A stretch of 64,000 nucleotides of DNA from Eledone cirrhosa (Eukaryota): positions 45,818,001 to 45,882,000 of the forward strand of contig OZ024743.1 of the NCBI GenBank assembly GCA_964016885.1. The letters are read 5' to 3'. This document shows, in pieces, positions 1 through 12,409 of the stretch (position 1 is the stretch's first letter; each line of letters starts with the position of its first letter). Position numbers and translations under genes: made by a program. The notes under the pieces are model-generated. The model saw nothing but the letters and a program-made list of their open reading frames with translations. It searched no databases and was not told the DNA's origin.

Positions 1-1901
1 TAGCCGTTTACTTTAATCCTAGAGCAGACGTTGCCACTGTGCATGGCAGAAATCCAGCCCCTGAAAACGGGTCCGAAGCCCGCCGCCGCTAGCACCTCAT
101 CCAGGTAACCATGGTCGACCCTATCGAACGCCTTAGATTGATCCAAGTTGATCAGGGGCCCACCAAAGCCGGGTTCGTTCCCAACCCTCTCTACGATGTA
201 TCGCATGAGGTGGAAGTTGTCGTGAATGGACCTGGACGGGATAGCGCATGTCTGCGCGTCTCCCACCAAACCACCCACCACAAGCGCCAACCTATTCGCC
301 AACACCTTGGCCAAAATCTGTAACTCTGCATTCAGCAGAGTTATGGGCCTAAAGTTACTTAAGTCGTCCCCCTTGCTCTCGTCCTTCCTCACTAGCATGA
401 CTACGCCCTTGGTCACAGAACAGGGAATTCTCCTGTTCTGTTGCCAGTTGCAATAGACAGCCACGAGGAGTTCGGAGAACAAGACCGGCATAGCTAAATA
501 AAGTTCGTATGGTAGACCATCGAGACCCGGAGATTTGCGTCTGCTGCATTGGCTGAGCGCTTCCCCGATTTCAGTGGCTGTGATTGGCCTTTCGCAGCAC
601 TCCGCTTCGCCGCTCGAAAGACGCGGTAGACCGTCGAGGTATGGACCGAAGTCCACATCCCCGTCCGGCCCCCCGTCCCCTCCGAACAGTCGAGCAAAGT
701 GCCTTTGAAAGGCCTCCCACATCCGCTCAAGTTCAAGGATGACCCGTCCATCCTGGTCTCGCAAAGACCGAATGGTGGATTTAATCCCACTCTTGGCTTC
801 TGTCACGCGGGCCCAGCTAACAGCTTTGGTCCCCTCGTTTCCTAAAGCACGTATTTTACTTCGGACAACGCAGCCTTCGTGCTTCGCGTCAAAGAACTGG
901 CTCAATGCCGTTCTCGACGCTAACACTCTGGCCACGTCTCCGCTCCTAATCGCCTCTTCTAATTTATCTGTTAACTCCCTTTCCCTCCTATTTCTATTCG
1001 CCGCTAGTTCCTTACTGTAACCTATCGAACTTACTCTAATCTCTCTCTTTAGAGATACCCACCACCTGCTGTTGACGATCGCTCCCGTCAACCGCATCTT
1101 AACTAAGCTACTCATCCGGTTCCTGTAAGCTTCCTTTGCCGGCAAGGACAAGTTCATCTTCCAGTAACCGGGACCCTGTCTATGCGTTCTATCAAGGTTG
1201 ACCACGCAGGTCACTAATTTGTGATCTGAATAGCCAATCATGAGCAATTCTGGACAACTAAATACGTCCCTATCCTTACTCCTAACCAAAAACCTATCTA
1301 GGTACGATCTAGATTGACCACTGCGGTTTGCCCAGGTCCAGGTTGGCACAGTTGGAAAATCTAGTCGAAATCTATCGACCAGGTCGAATCGATCGAGTAA
1401 CCCCTTGAGGCTGCTACACCCCCCCTCTATCGGGACATGCCCCTGCATAGTCCCAACGCGCATCTAGGATTCCATTCCAGTCCCCCACTAAAAGCAGGGA
1501 ACGCGACGTTCCTAGAAAAGTCTCCAGACGCTGGAAGAAGTCAGCTCTTTCAGCCCCGAAGGGGGCATAAAGACCGACCAGTCTGAAAGCCCCGCCTTCA
1601 CCGCCTCCGACGTCCAGCACCAGTAATCGACCCCCCGGGTCCGAGTGAACAATCTGTACGTCGAGAGCCAGACGTTTATCCAGCAGTACGGCAACCCCAC
1701 CCCGCCTCCGGGTTGACAGAGAGATGCGTGCATCTCAAAGTCATCGTAGGCGGGAGCCAGCTGTCGCACGCTGCTGATCCGACTCTCGCAAACAACCATC
1801 ACATCTATACTTCGTGACTTGAGGTCACTTAGAAGCTTTGCTAGCTTCCAAGCTGAGCCCAGGCCACGCGCATTCAAACAGCCAACTCTCAATTGATCTA
1901 T
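1..1901 (-). pseudogene. Tx1 copy A ORF2 (endonuclease + RT N-part), frameshifted
   Basis: Track ORFs 1512..2081 and 1414..1620 carry EN motifs in different frames. Colinear with copy B ORF2. The start codon position reads ATA, where copies B and D have ATG. Confidence 0.85.
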
Positions 1902-1934
1902 TTTGGTGTTGAAAGTGAAGAAAGAAAAGCACCT

Positions 1935-3754
1935 TACCTCTCCGGGTTGTGTAATTTCCATGGCGTCGGGTGTGTTGGGTGGAGGGATGTTTTGTGGTGG
2001 TGTGGGGGTATCCGAGTGTGGTGGGGTTGGGGTATTTGGAGTTGTGTCAGGGAGAGGGAAGGTTATGGGGAAATCTTTCAAGAGGACGCGATTTAACGAT
2101 TTTAAACAGGGGGGGGGCTCACGTCCTGTTTAAATTGTTCTTTTAAGGAACGATAAAGGTCCAGAGGGACCTTTATCATTTTTAAATGGGTGAAGTTCTC
2201 TGTTGAGATAAAGTTTGGCCCTTCGGTCTGCACCAAAGGGCTATTGTTTATTAATTTAAACAGTTTTTTTGTTTTCTTTATTTATATATGTGTATTGCAA
2301 AGTCTTTTTTTGTGATGCTGTCAATGTTTCGAAGAGGGGAGGCGCAGATTTATTTTTGTTTGTCGAGGGTGGGGTGTTTTTGATTGGAATTGGTGTTTGT
2401 GTGTGGGTTATTTGTTTTGAGGTGTGCTGGGTGTGTGCTTTCGTTTTTTTCTTTTAACTTGTCTGAAGGCTTCTCCTCCTTCTTCTTCAGAAGTTGGGGG
2501 AAACTCTTCAGCGCTAGGTGGGAGGGACGTGGTGTCTGGTTGTTTTTTTTTGCGGGAGGGGTAGATTTGTTGCTGGTTTTTTTATTATTTGTTTGGAATG
2601 CGTTTTGTGGTGGTGGTGGTGATGTTTGTGTCGTGCTTGTGGTTGGTGATGGTGGTGGTGATGTTTGTGTTGTGGTTGGTGATGGTGGTGGTGATTTTTG
2701 TGTCGTGCTTGTGTTTGGTGCTGGTGGTGGTGATGTTTGTGTTGTGCTTGTGGTTGGTGGTGTCTGTATTTTGTTTGCTGTGTGTGGTATTAGTGTATTT
2801 TTGGAGGTGGGTGGTGTTGGTGTACTGTTTGTGGTGGGTGTGGGCAATAGTCCTTTTTGGGGGATACGATTCGGGCAGTTAGCCTTAACGTGTCCCCTTT
2901 CCGTGCATGAATAGCATGCTGGTCTTCTCCCCTCTACAATTATATATATTGGGGTGAGGTCATCCAGCCAGATGCGATCCGGGATTTGCGCTATTCTTTC
3001 GGGCCTCATTTGGACTAGTAGGTCGAGGCCCATTCCCAGGAACGCATCTCCAGATGCCTTCCCCATTGACAGCACTGTGTCCTCGCCCATGTCTATGAAG
3101 CCAGCAATAGCCCACCAGAAGTCCATTGTGGGCAGCATTGTCTGAATTTTGACTCTCTGTGTTCTTCTACCCATGTAGGAGGGATAGAAGCTGTATGCTG
3201 TTGATGAGAGTGGGCTTAGGGAAAGCCTCTGCGCTGTTTCCCTGTCTTTTGTTAAGACCGAAATGCTGCCATAGAGTCGGTCCTTTCGTATGAAGAGAAT
3301 ATTCTTCATATAGTCTTTTAGGACCAACTCTATCTCCATTTGGCTGGGTTGTGCTGGCTTTCTCGTTTGGTTTAGGATTGTTCTGAACAGAACAGTGCTT
3401 TCATTTCTCGTTTTCTTGAATTCGGGGGGGAGGGGGGGGGGGATTAATGGAAAACATTCCGTTCTCCCCCAAGACTATGTGTTTTTTTGCTTCTGCCAGT
3501 TTTTCTCTGGCGGCAGTTAAGTCTATAGGTGTATATATTATAGATTTTTTTGTTGTCTGGGCGAAAGTTGCCTTGTCGTTTGTATTCTTATTTTCTGTTT
3601 GTTTGTTTTCCGTTTGCTCATTTTCCGTAACATTTGTTTTTTCATTTTCCTTGTTTGTTTCGTTGTCTAGTTTTGTTGTATCCATTTTTTGTTCTTCAGA
3701 CTTAGGGGGCGTGGCAGAGCTAATGGCAGACATGTCTGCCATCTTTCCCGCCAT
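1935..3754 (-). pseudogene. Tx1 copy A ORF1 (gag-like, zinc knuckle, Pro/Thr-rich tail), frameshifted
   Basis: ORFs 3401..3754 and 2350..3339 are homologous to copy B ORF1 (FAQTTKKS, RKDRLYGS, FYPSYMG, VEGRRP.C..C...GH....C). Confidence 0.85.
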
Positions 3755-4185
3755 GCTGCTAAGAAAGAAGTTTTACAGAAAAATAGTTATTTATTTTACC
3801 CCCTAAAAAGGGGGTAAATGTAAAAATGTTTCCCTAAATAACAGGGGTAAGTGTTCCAAATGTGTTGCACTGAAAAAATTCACTGGTACTTACTATAGTA
3901 AGGGTTAATTCCGATAGAATAGCGGAGCCGATGTGAAGCGTGTCTCACTCTATCAAGATAGATAGATATATTTCTTTATTTACCATAAAGGCATAAAAAG
4001 AAGGGACAAATACAAAGGGGGAGTTTACATACAATCGAGTAAAAAGGGTATAAAATGAAAATAATCGAAAACAACCTCAAAAGGGAGGGGACGTGATGGG
4101 GGTTGCACACACCCCCGAAAAAGTGTGCAATCCTTTGCCCAGGGAGCACATGGAGGAGGTGCTCCCCTCTCCTTCACTTCTTTAC

Positions 4186-7100
4186 CTACAGGATGGTATA
4201 CAGAGAAGGCCCATTTACACGAGCCATTCTCGCCACTATCACCCACCTTTCATGAAACTGGCTGTGGCCAAGCACCTCTCGCTCTATTCTTATCCTTCTT
4301 CCGAAGTGATATCGAAAGAAGTAGACCAGACTATGGCCAGAGAGGAAGTTGCCTGACCTCAGACCTTTCAATCGTGTCCACCAAACAACCTCTTTTAACA
4401 TGGCTATTACGCACAGAAAAAACGCCTTTGCTTCCTTTGTGAAGAGGGGAGGCGGTTTGATTGTCATCACGGATTCGACGGTCAATCGAATCGGCGCCAT
4501 CCGCGACAGCAGTCGTTCGGCGTAGCCCCACAGATCAGCCACGCCCGGACATTGCACCAATGCGTGCGCAACGGTTTCTTCGTGACGCACGCATCTAGGG
4601 CAAATCTTTTTCGAGGGATCCCTGCCCGGGCGCCCGTGTCTGTAGAGCCTCTCTCGAACGGGTAGAGCCCCCCGGTAGCACTGCCAGGCTAGTGACTTCT
4701 GCAAGTTGTCCATTGGTCCCGGGCCGAAAGTCCTACCGAACAGGCTGGCCAGTTCGTCCTCTTCCATGTCCAGCGACTCTCCAAGGGTGTCATCGCCCCT
4801 GCTAGCCACCAGCCCTCTATAGAATGATGAGGTGGATTCTCCACCGATGGCCTGGCCTGCTTGCCAGAGAGCCCTGAGCGCCTGAGCACACTCAGTGTGC
4901 CAGTCTCCCAGTTTTCCGGATCTTTGCTTGACCCAGGACTGCAGCTCCGTGAGCGAGACGAGTCTCGGAAAGGCTCGTTTCACGAACGGAGCCCACACCG
5001 GTTGACCAGTGAGGAATACCTGTAGGTGCCGTAGCCTTAATGCGTGCCTACGCATCATCAACCACGGCATCCCCAGCCCTCCTTTCGAAGGTTGTTGGCA
5101 GCAGATGGATCTTCTCACCATAGGAGGGCGCTTCTTCCAAAGAAATTGGAAGAACATGCGTTCCATGGTGGTGAGTGTTTCCTTAGGGCAAGGCACGACA
5201 GTCAGGCGGTAGTAAGTGACGGACGCTATGTAAATGTTCGCCACCTCCGCCCGGCCTTTTAGGGACAGCTTACACTTGGCCCATTTCTGGGTTAGTGCAA
5301 ACACCTTGTTCGTAACCTCGTCCCAGTTCTTTTCCACCTGGAGGTCCGGTCCAAACCAGACCCCAAGCAACTTTACCGGGCCCTCCGTCCAGTGTCCGAC
5401 GACACCGTCGGGAGGCATCGGTCTGCCTCTCCACGTTCCGAGTTGCAGCCCGATGGATTTTTCCCGGTTCAGTTTCGCTCCTGACAACCTTTCGTAATCC
5501 TCCAGTAAGGTACCGATCGCCTCGATCTCCGAGTCGGTCGATACCATTACTGTTACGTCATCGGCGTAGGCCGACACCGCTTTGCTCAATCCTGGTTCCA
5601 GGGGGATACCCTGCAACAACTCCAACTTCCTCAGTAAAGGCTCGAGAGTCAATACGTACAGAAGGGAGGAGAGAGGGCACCCCTGTCGAATGGATCGTGT
5701 GATTTCGAACGGCTTCGAAAGGTAGCCGTTCACCTTGATCCTAGAACAGATGTGGTTGCTATGTAAGGCAGTGATCCAGCCTCTGAAAACAGGACCGAAC
5801 CCAGCCGCCGCTAGCACCGCATCCAGGTAACCATGGTCGACCCTATCGAAGGCCTTAGACTGATCCAAGTTGATCAGGGTCCCACCGAAGCCGGGTTTGT
5901 TGCCAACCCTCTCTATGATGTATCGCATGAGGTAGAGGTTATCGTGAATGGACCTGGATGGGATAGCACATGTCTGCGCATCTCCCACCAGGCTATCCAC
6001 GACAAGCGCCAACCTCTTTGCTAACACCTTGGCCAAAATCTTTAACTCTGTGTTTAGCAGGGTTATGGGCCGAAAATTATTTATACTATCCCCCTTGTTC
6101 TCGTCCTTCCTCACCAGCGAGACTACGCCCTTGGCTACAGAACAAGGAATTCTCCCGTTCTGCTGCCAATTGCAGTAGACCGCTTCGAGGAGTTCGGAGA
6201 AGAAGACCGGCATTGCTAAATAAAGTTCGTAAGGTATACCATCGAGACCTGGAGATTTGCGTCTGCTGCATTGGCTCAGCGCATCCCCGATCTCATCAGC
6301 CGAGATTGGTCCCTCGCAGGACTCTGCCTCTTCGCTCGAGAGACGCGGCAGGCCGTCGAGGTATGGACCTAAATTCACGTCCCCGCCCGGACCCTCGCCT
6401 CCCCCGAATTATCGGGCAAAGTGCCTTTGAAAGGCCTCGCACATCTGCTTAGGCTCCCGGATCACCCGTCCATCCTCGTCTTGCAACGACCGGATGGTGG
6501 ATCGATTTCCACTCTTAGCTTCTGTCACGCGGGCCCAGCCAACGACTTTGGCCCCCTCATTACCTAGAGCACGTATTTTACTTCGAATGACGCAGCCTTC
6601 GTGCTTTGCATCGAAAAACTGGTTCAAGGCCGTCCTCGATGCCAGCACTCTGGCCATATCTTCGCTCTTGATTGCCTCTTCTAATTTACCTGTTAATTCT
6701 TTCTCGTTTCTATTCCTATCGGCAGCTAACATCTTGCTATAACTTATTGATTCTGTTCTAATCTCTCTTTTGAGAGATGCCCACCATCGGTTGTTGACGA
6801 TTGCACCCGTCAACCTCTCCTTAACTAATCTGCTAATCCGGTTTCTGTAAGTCTCTTTTGCCGGTAAAGACAAATTAAGTTTCCAGTAACCGGGACCCTG
6901 TTTATGTGTTTTCTCGAGATTGACTACGCAGGTCACTAATTTGTGATCCGTATAGCCAACCGTGCGCATTTCTGGACAGCTTAATATGTCCCTATCCTTA
7001 CTTCTAACTAAGAATCTATCTAAGTACGATCTAGATTGACCACTGTGGTTCGTCCAAGTCCAGGTAGGCACAGTTGGAAAATATAGTCGATATCTATCGA

Positions 7101-7622
7101 CCAAGTTAAAACGGTCGAGTAACCTCTTGAGGCTGTTACACCGCCTCTATTAGGACATGCTCCTGCATAGTCCCAACGTGCATCTAGGATGTCATTCCAA
7201 TCCCCCGCTAGAAGCAGGGAACGCGACGTTCCCAGAAAAGTCTCCAAACGCTGGAAGAAGTCGGGCCGTTCAGCTCCGAAAGGGGAGTAGACGGCGACCA
7301 GTCTCAAGGCCGCACCTTCACTACTGCCAACGTCTAGCACCAACAAACGACCCTCCGGGTCCGAGTGAACAACCTGTACGGCAAGACCGAGGTGTTTTTG
7401 CAGCAGTACGACAACCCCACCCCCACCTCCAGGTTGACAGAGAGATGCATGCACCTCAAAGTCATTGAAGGTAGGGGCCAGCTAACGCACGACGCTGATC
7501 CGAGTCTCACAGATAACCATTACATTTATACCACATGACCTGAGGTCATTTAGAAGCTTTGCTTGCTTCCAAGTTGAGCCCAGGCCACGTGCATTCAAAC
7601 ATCCTACTCTTAACACATCCAT
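4186..7622 (-). pseudogene. Tx1 copy B ORF2 (APE endonuclease - reverse transcriptase - CCHC)
   Basis: Start MDVLRVGCLNAR at 7622. ORF pieces 7020..7454, 6409..7104 and 4186..6378 (LDQSKAFDRV, IRQGCPLS, AYADD, CPRC..EETVAHALVQC). In-frame stops near 7482 and 6409 and one frameshift near 7140. Confidence 0.92.
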
Positions 7623-7656
7623 GTGGGCGGCAGAGCCAAAGGAGAGTGTAGAGACC

Positions 7657-9540
7657 TACCTTTCTGCTTCCCGGGGTTCGGGTCGCACGACTTCCATGGG
7701 GTCGGGGGTGTTGGGTGAAGGGGTGTCTTGTGGTATTGTGGGGTCGTCAGTGTGTGGTGGGGTTGGGGTGTTTAGAGTTGTGTTGGGGAGGGGAAGGGGA
7801 GGGGGAAAGCTTTTTAGTAGGACGCGGTTTATGGGTTTGACAGAGGGTGGTCCTACGTCCTCCTTAAAATCCTTTTTTTTAGTTTTTGGTAGAGGTTCAT
7901 TGGGATCTTTATTAATTTTAAATGTGGGTAGTTTTCTGAAGAAACAAAGTTTACACCTTCGGTTTGTACCGAAGGATTATTGTTTATGAGTTCATTTAAT
8001 TTATTATTGTTTCTGTTGATGTAAGTATAGTGTAATGTCTTTTTTTCGGATGGTGTGAGTGTTTCGAAGAGGGGAGGGGCAGGTTTGGTTTTGTTTGTTG
8101 CTGGGGGGGTGTTTTGGGTTTTGTTGGATTGTGTTGACATTTGGGTGGGGGTTGTTTGGCCTTGTGTGTTTTGCACATGTTTTCTTTTTTCCTTTTAATC
8201 TGTCTGAAGGACTCCGTTTCTTCCTCCGAATTCGTTGGGTTATCTTCAGTGTTGGAGGGAAGAGGTATGTTTGCTGGTAATGTTTCCGTGTTGGTTTTCT
8301 TTGTGGGGGAGATGGATGTCACTATGTTAGACTGTGTTGTGTGTTGTGGCTGCGGTGGTTGTGTTGTTTTATTGAATGAGGGGTTGGGTGGGCCTGTATT
8401 TTGTTTTGGGGTAATGTGTTGTGACTGTTTGTGTTGTGGTGGTGGTGTAGTTTTACTGAGGGACGGGTTGGGTGGGACTGAGTTTTGTTGTTTGTTTATC
8501 TGTTGTGGTGGTGGTGGTGGAGCTGGTGTTGGTAGCAGGGTTTTCTTTTTGTTGAGTTGGGGACAAGCCGCCTTCAGGTGCCCTCTGCCTGCACAGATAT
8601 GACAGGACGGCCTTCTCCCCTCCACGCTAATGTTTATATACCCGTGGCCCTCTAATAGGATTCTGTCGGGTATTTGGGCGATGCGTTCAGGCTTCATTTG
8701 CACTACAAGTTCTATACCTGTTCCACTGAACGCATTGCCTGTGGTTTTCCCAATGGAAATCACGTTGTCATTCGCTGGATCGATGAAGCCAGCTATGAGC
8801 CAGCTGTAGTCCACATCTGGCATCATTGCATCCAGCCATATGCGTTGAGTTCTTTTACCCATATAAGATGGATAAAAGGTAAAATTTTTCGAACGAATCG
8901 GTGACAAAGAACATTTTTTTTCCGCCGATTCGTTCTTCATAATAATCGCTAGGCTTCCATACAGTCTGTCTTTTCTTATGAAAGTGGTTTCATTAAGTAC
9001 TTCTGTAAGTACTGTTTTGATTTCTGTTTGAGTTGGCTGTTCAGGTTTTTTAGAAATGTTGTTGATGGTGCGGAAAACGACCGTTCGACTTTCAATGTCT
9101 TTGGTGAGTTCTTGAGGCATTTTTACCGATAAAATACCATTCTCTCCTTCAGTTATATATTGTTTGGCGTCTTCAATTCTTTGTGCCACATCTGAAATAT
9201 TTTCAGGTATATATGTTAAAGATTTCTTTGTTGTTTGTGCAAATGAAATCTTATTGGTGTTGACGTTGTCGTCTGCTTTGCTTTCTGTTATGATGTTGTT
9301 TTCAAATGTTATTTTTGTGTTTGTCGTGTCTTTGCTTGTGGTATTAATATTGTCATGCAATTTTTCAAATTTTTTTTTTTCGTTGTTGGAATCCATGTCC
9401 AGATTTGTGTTTTCGTCATTTTTCTCCGCAGATTCGTCTGTTTTTATTTTATATTTTCCTTCCTTCTCTATGACGTTAGTTGGGAAGGAAGGGGGGACTA
9501 AACGTGCGAGCTTACAACTCTTACCGCTGACCCCCACCAC
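7657..9540 (-). pseudogene. Tx1 copy B ORF1
   Basis: 514-aa ORF 7996..9540 with CHICAGRGHLKAAC knuckle. The C-terminus continues in shifted frames to a TAG near 7657. Confidence 0.85.
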
Positions 9541-9806
9541 TATTTTCGTTATCTTCGTTTAACATTTCTGTCAGACGATTGAAATTTTTTTATGCCACAA
9601 AATTTTTAAAAACAGGTTTTTCACCCCTAGGAGGGGTAAAGATGAGCTGACCCACAGCCTGACAGTTCAGACGGGGGGTCAAGCTACACAATAGTATCAA
9701 AATTAAAATTGAACTTACAAAATTTCCGCAATAAATTTGAACAAAACTTCTGCGCGAAGTGAATTACATCTACGCTGTAGAACAGACGACAGCTAGATTA
9801 TCTATC

Positions 9807-9808
<2 letters not shown>

Positions 9809-9856
<48 letters not shown>

Positions 9857-9918
9857 TATTTCTTTATTTACCATAAAGGGTAGATAGATAGATATATAGA
9901 TAGATAGATAGATAGATA
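9809..9918. repeat. (GATA)n spacer containing a 24-bp Tx1 3'-end fragment (9857-9880)
   Basis: Tandem GATA interrupted by tatttctttatttaccataaaggg, which matches the copy B 3' end at ~3969-3991. Confidence 0.85.
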
Positions 9919-12384
9919 ATTTTCTTTTTATTTGCCACCAGGGCATCAAAAAGTGGGACAAGTACAATGGGGGGAGTTTACATAACAAGGCGTCCTCAAT
10001 AAGGAGGAAGCAATAACAAAATATTAAAATAAAATAAAATATAACAAAATAAAATTTATAACAAAATCCTCAATAGAGAGGAGGCGCCTTGGGGGGTCGC
10101 ACACACCCCTCAAAAAAAGTGTGCAACCCTTCTCCTCGGGAGCACAGAGAGGGGGTGCTCCCTTGGTCTTTCATCTTCCTCACCTATAGTCTAATGTAGA
10201 GTGAAGGCCCATTCACACGGGCCATTCTCTCCACTTTCACCCATCTTCCATAAAAACGGCTGGGGTGCAACACCTCTCTCTCCATCCTGATCCTTCTTCC
10301 GAAATGATATCGGAATAAACGGACCAGTTGTTGGCCAGAGAGAAAGGTGTCTGACCTCAGTCCTTTCAGACGCGTCCACCATACAACCTCTTTCGCCATG
10401 GCTATTACGCACAGAAACACCGCCTCTCCTTCGTTTTTGAAGAGGGGAGGCGGCTTGATCGTTACAATAGACTCGGTGGTCAACCGGATCGGTCCCACCC
10501 TTGACAGCAGTTGTTCGACATAGCCCCACAGATCGGCAATGCCCGAGCAGTGTACCAATGCGTGTGCAACGGTTTCCTCGTCGCACACGCATCTGGGACA
10601 GATCTTTTTCGAGGGGTCCCTACCCGGGCGCCCGTGTCTGTAGAGCCTTTCTCGAACGGGCAGAGCCCCTCGGTAGCACTGCCAGGCCAGGGACTTCTGG
10701 AAGTTATCCATGGGTCCCGGGCTGAATGTCCTACCGAACAGGTTGGCCAGTTCGTCTTCCTCCATGCCTAGGGCTTCTCCGAGGGCGTCGTCGCACCTGC
10801 TAACCACCAGCCCTCTATAGAATGACGAGGTGGATTCTCCACTGACAGCCGGGTCCGCCTGCCAGAGAGCCGTGAGCGCCTGGGCACACTCGGTGTGCCA
10901 GGCGCCTAGTTTTCTCGGTCTTTGCTTGACCCAGGATTGCAGCTCGGTGAGTGAGACGAGTGTGGAAAAGGCTCGCCTCACAAACGGGGCCCACACCGGT
11001 TGACCGGTGAGGAATACCTGGAGGTGCCGTAGCCTTAATGCGTGTTTACGTATCATTAGCCACGGCATCCCCAGCCCTCCTTTCGAAGGGTGTTGACAGC
11101 AGATGGATTTCCACACCATAGGAGCCCGCTTCTTCCAGAGGAATTGGAAGAGTGCGCGTTCCATTTTGGTGAGCGTTTCCCTTAGGCAAGGCACGACGGT
11201 CAGACGGTAGTAGATAACGGACGCTATATAAGTGTTCGCCCCCTCCGCCCGACCTTTCAGGGACAGTTTGCACTCGGCCCACTTCTGGGTCAGTGCAAAC
11301 ACCCTGTTCGTTACCTCACCCCAGTTCTTCTCCACCTGGAGGTCTGGTCCGAACCAGACCAACTTCACCGGGCCCTCCGTCCAGCGCCCGACGACGCCAT
11401 CGGAGGGCATCGATCTGCCCCTCCACGTACCGAGTTGCAGACCGATCGACTTGTCCCGGTTCAGCTTAGCTCCTGTAAACCTTTCGTACTCCTCCAGTAA
11501 GATGCCGATCGCCCTGATTTCCGAGGCTGTCGACACCATTACTGTTACGTCGTCGGCGTAGGCCGACACCGCTTTCCGCAATCCCGGTTCCAACGGGATG
11601 CCCTGCAACAACTCCAACTTCCCCAGCAGTGGCTCTAGGGCCAATACATACAGAAGGGAGGAGAGAGGGCATCCCTGTCGGATGGACCGCATGATTTTGA
11701 ACGATCCGAGAGGTAGCCGTTCACCTTGACCCTAGAGCAGATGCGGCTGCTGTGCATGGCAGTGATCCAGCCCCTGAAAACGGGTCCGAAACCTGCCGCC
11801 ACTAGCACCGCATCCAGGTAACGATGGTCGACCCTATCGAACGACTTAGATTGATTCAAGTTGATCAGGGCCCCACCAAAGCCGGGTTCGTCCCCATCCC
11901 TCTCTATGATGTATCGCATGAGATGGAGGTTGTTGTGAATGGACCTGGACGGGATGGCGCATGTCTGCGCATCTCCCACCAGGTTGCCCACGACAAGCGC
12001 CAACCTCTTTACTAACACCTTGGCCAAAATCTTTAACTCTGAATTTAGCAGTATTATGGGCCTAAAATTACTTATTTCATCCCCGTTGTTCTCGTCCTTC
12101 CTCACTAACGAGACTACGCCTCTCCTTCAATTTGTTTAGTTGGCGTGTCATCGTTACCTGTGGTTATGGCTTCCATTACCACTAGCGTAGAGACAATTAC
12201 AAGATTTTTAGGATGAAAAATTTCACCCCAAAAGGGGTGAAATAAATTAACACTAATGTCCGAAGACCCAGGCAAGGGGGTTAATTAACACAATAACGCA
12301 AGAATACAGACAAACACTTACTGTTAACACGTAATATCTCCAATAATCGAGGAGCCGATGTGAAGAACGTCTATACCATCCGGA
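9919..12384 (-). mobile_element. Tx1-like copy C, internally deleted (5' UTR and first ~19 codons of ORF1 joined to mid-RT and the 3' end)
   Basis: RT/CCHC ORFs 11635..12105 and 10184..11692. Homology switches at ~12120 to a 5' UTR-like segment sharing cttcacatcggctcc and a C/G hairpin with copy A. GATA tract at 12385. Confidence 0.88.
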
Positions 12385-12409
12385 GATAGATAAATAAATA
12401 AATAGATAA

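Larger units (their letters stand above)
1..3956 (-). mobile_element. Tx1-like non-LTR retrotransposon, copy A (5' UTR, ORF1, EN and start of RT; runs off the window edge)
   Basis: ORF1 with CCHC knuckle CYSCTERGHVKANC. ORF2 has APE-endonuclease motifs (CLNARGL, CESRI, GDWN, SYLDRFLV, SDHK) and the RT start (SPGLDGLPYELY, FRPITLL). The 5' end abuts (GATA)n at 3957-3968. Confidence 0.92.
3969..9808 (-). mobile_element. Tx1-like non-LTR retrotransposon, copy B (full length ~5.8 kb, mildly decayed)
   Basis: 5' UTR, ORF1, ORF2 EN-RT-CCHC, and a 3' UTR ending AATAAAGAAATA followed by (TATC)n. Flanked by (GATA)n on both sides. Confidence 0.95.

Noticed and set aside
1410-1710. Programmed frameshifting in the Tx1 endonuclease (frame breaks at the same G-rich sites in copies A, B and D)
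   Set aside because: The breaks lie in G runs with inconsistent net shifts, and copy B is intact at one site. Slippage decay or homopolymer assembly error explains them.
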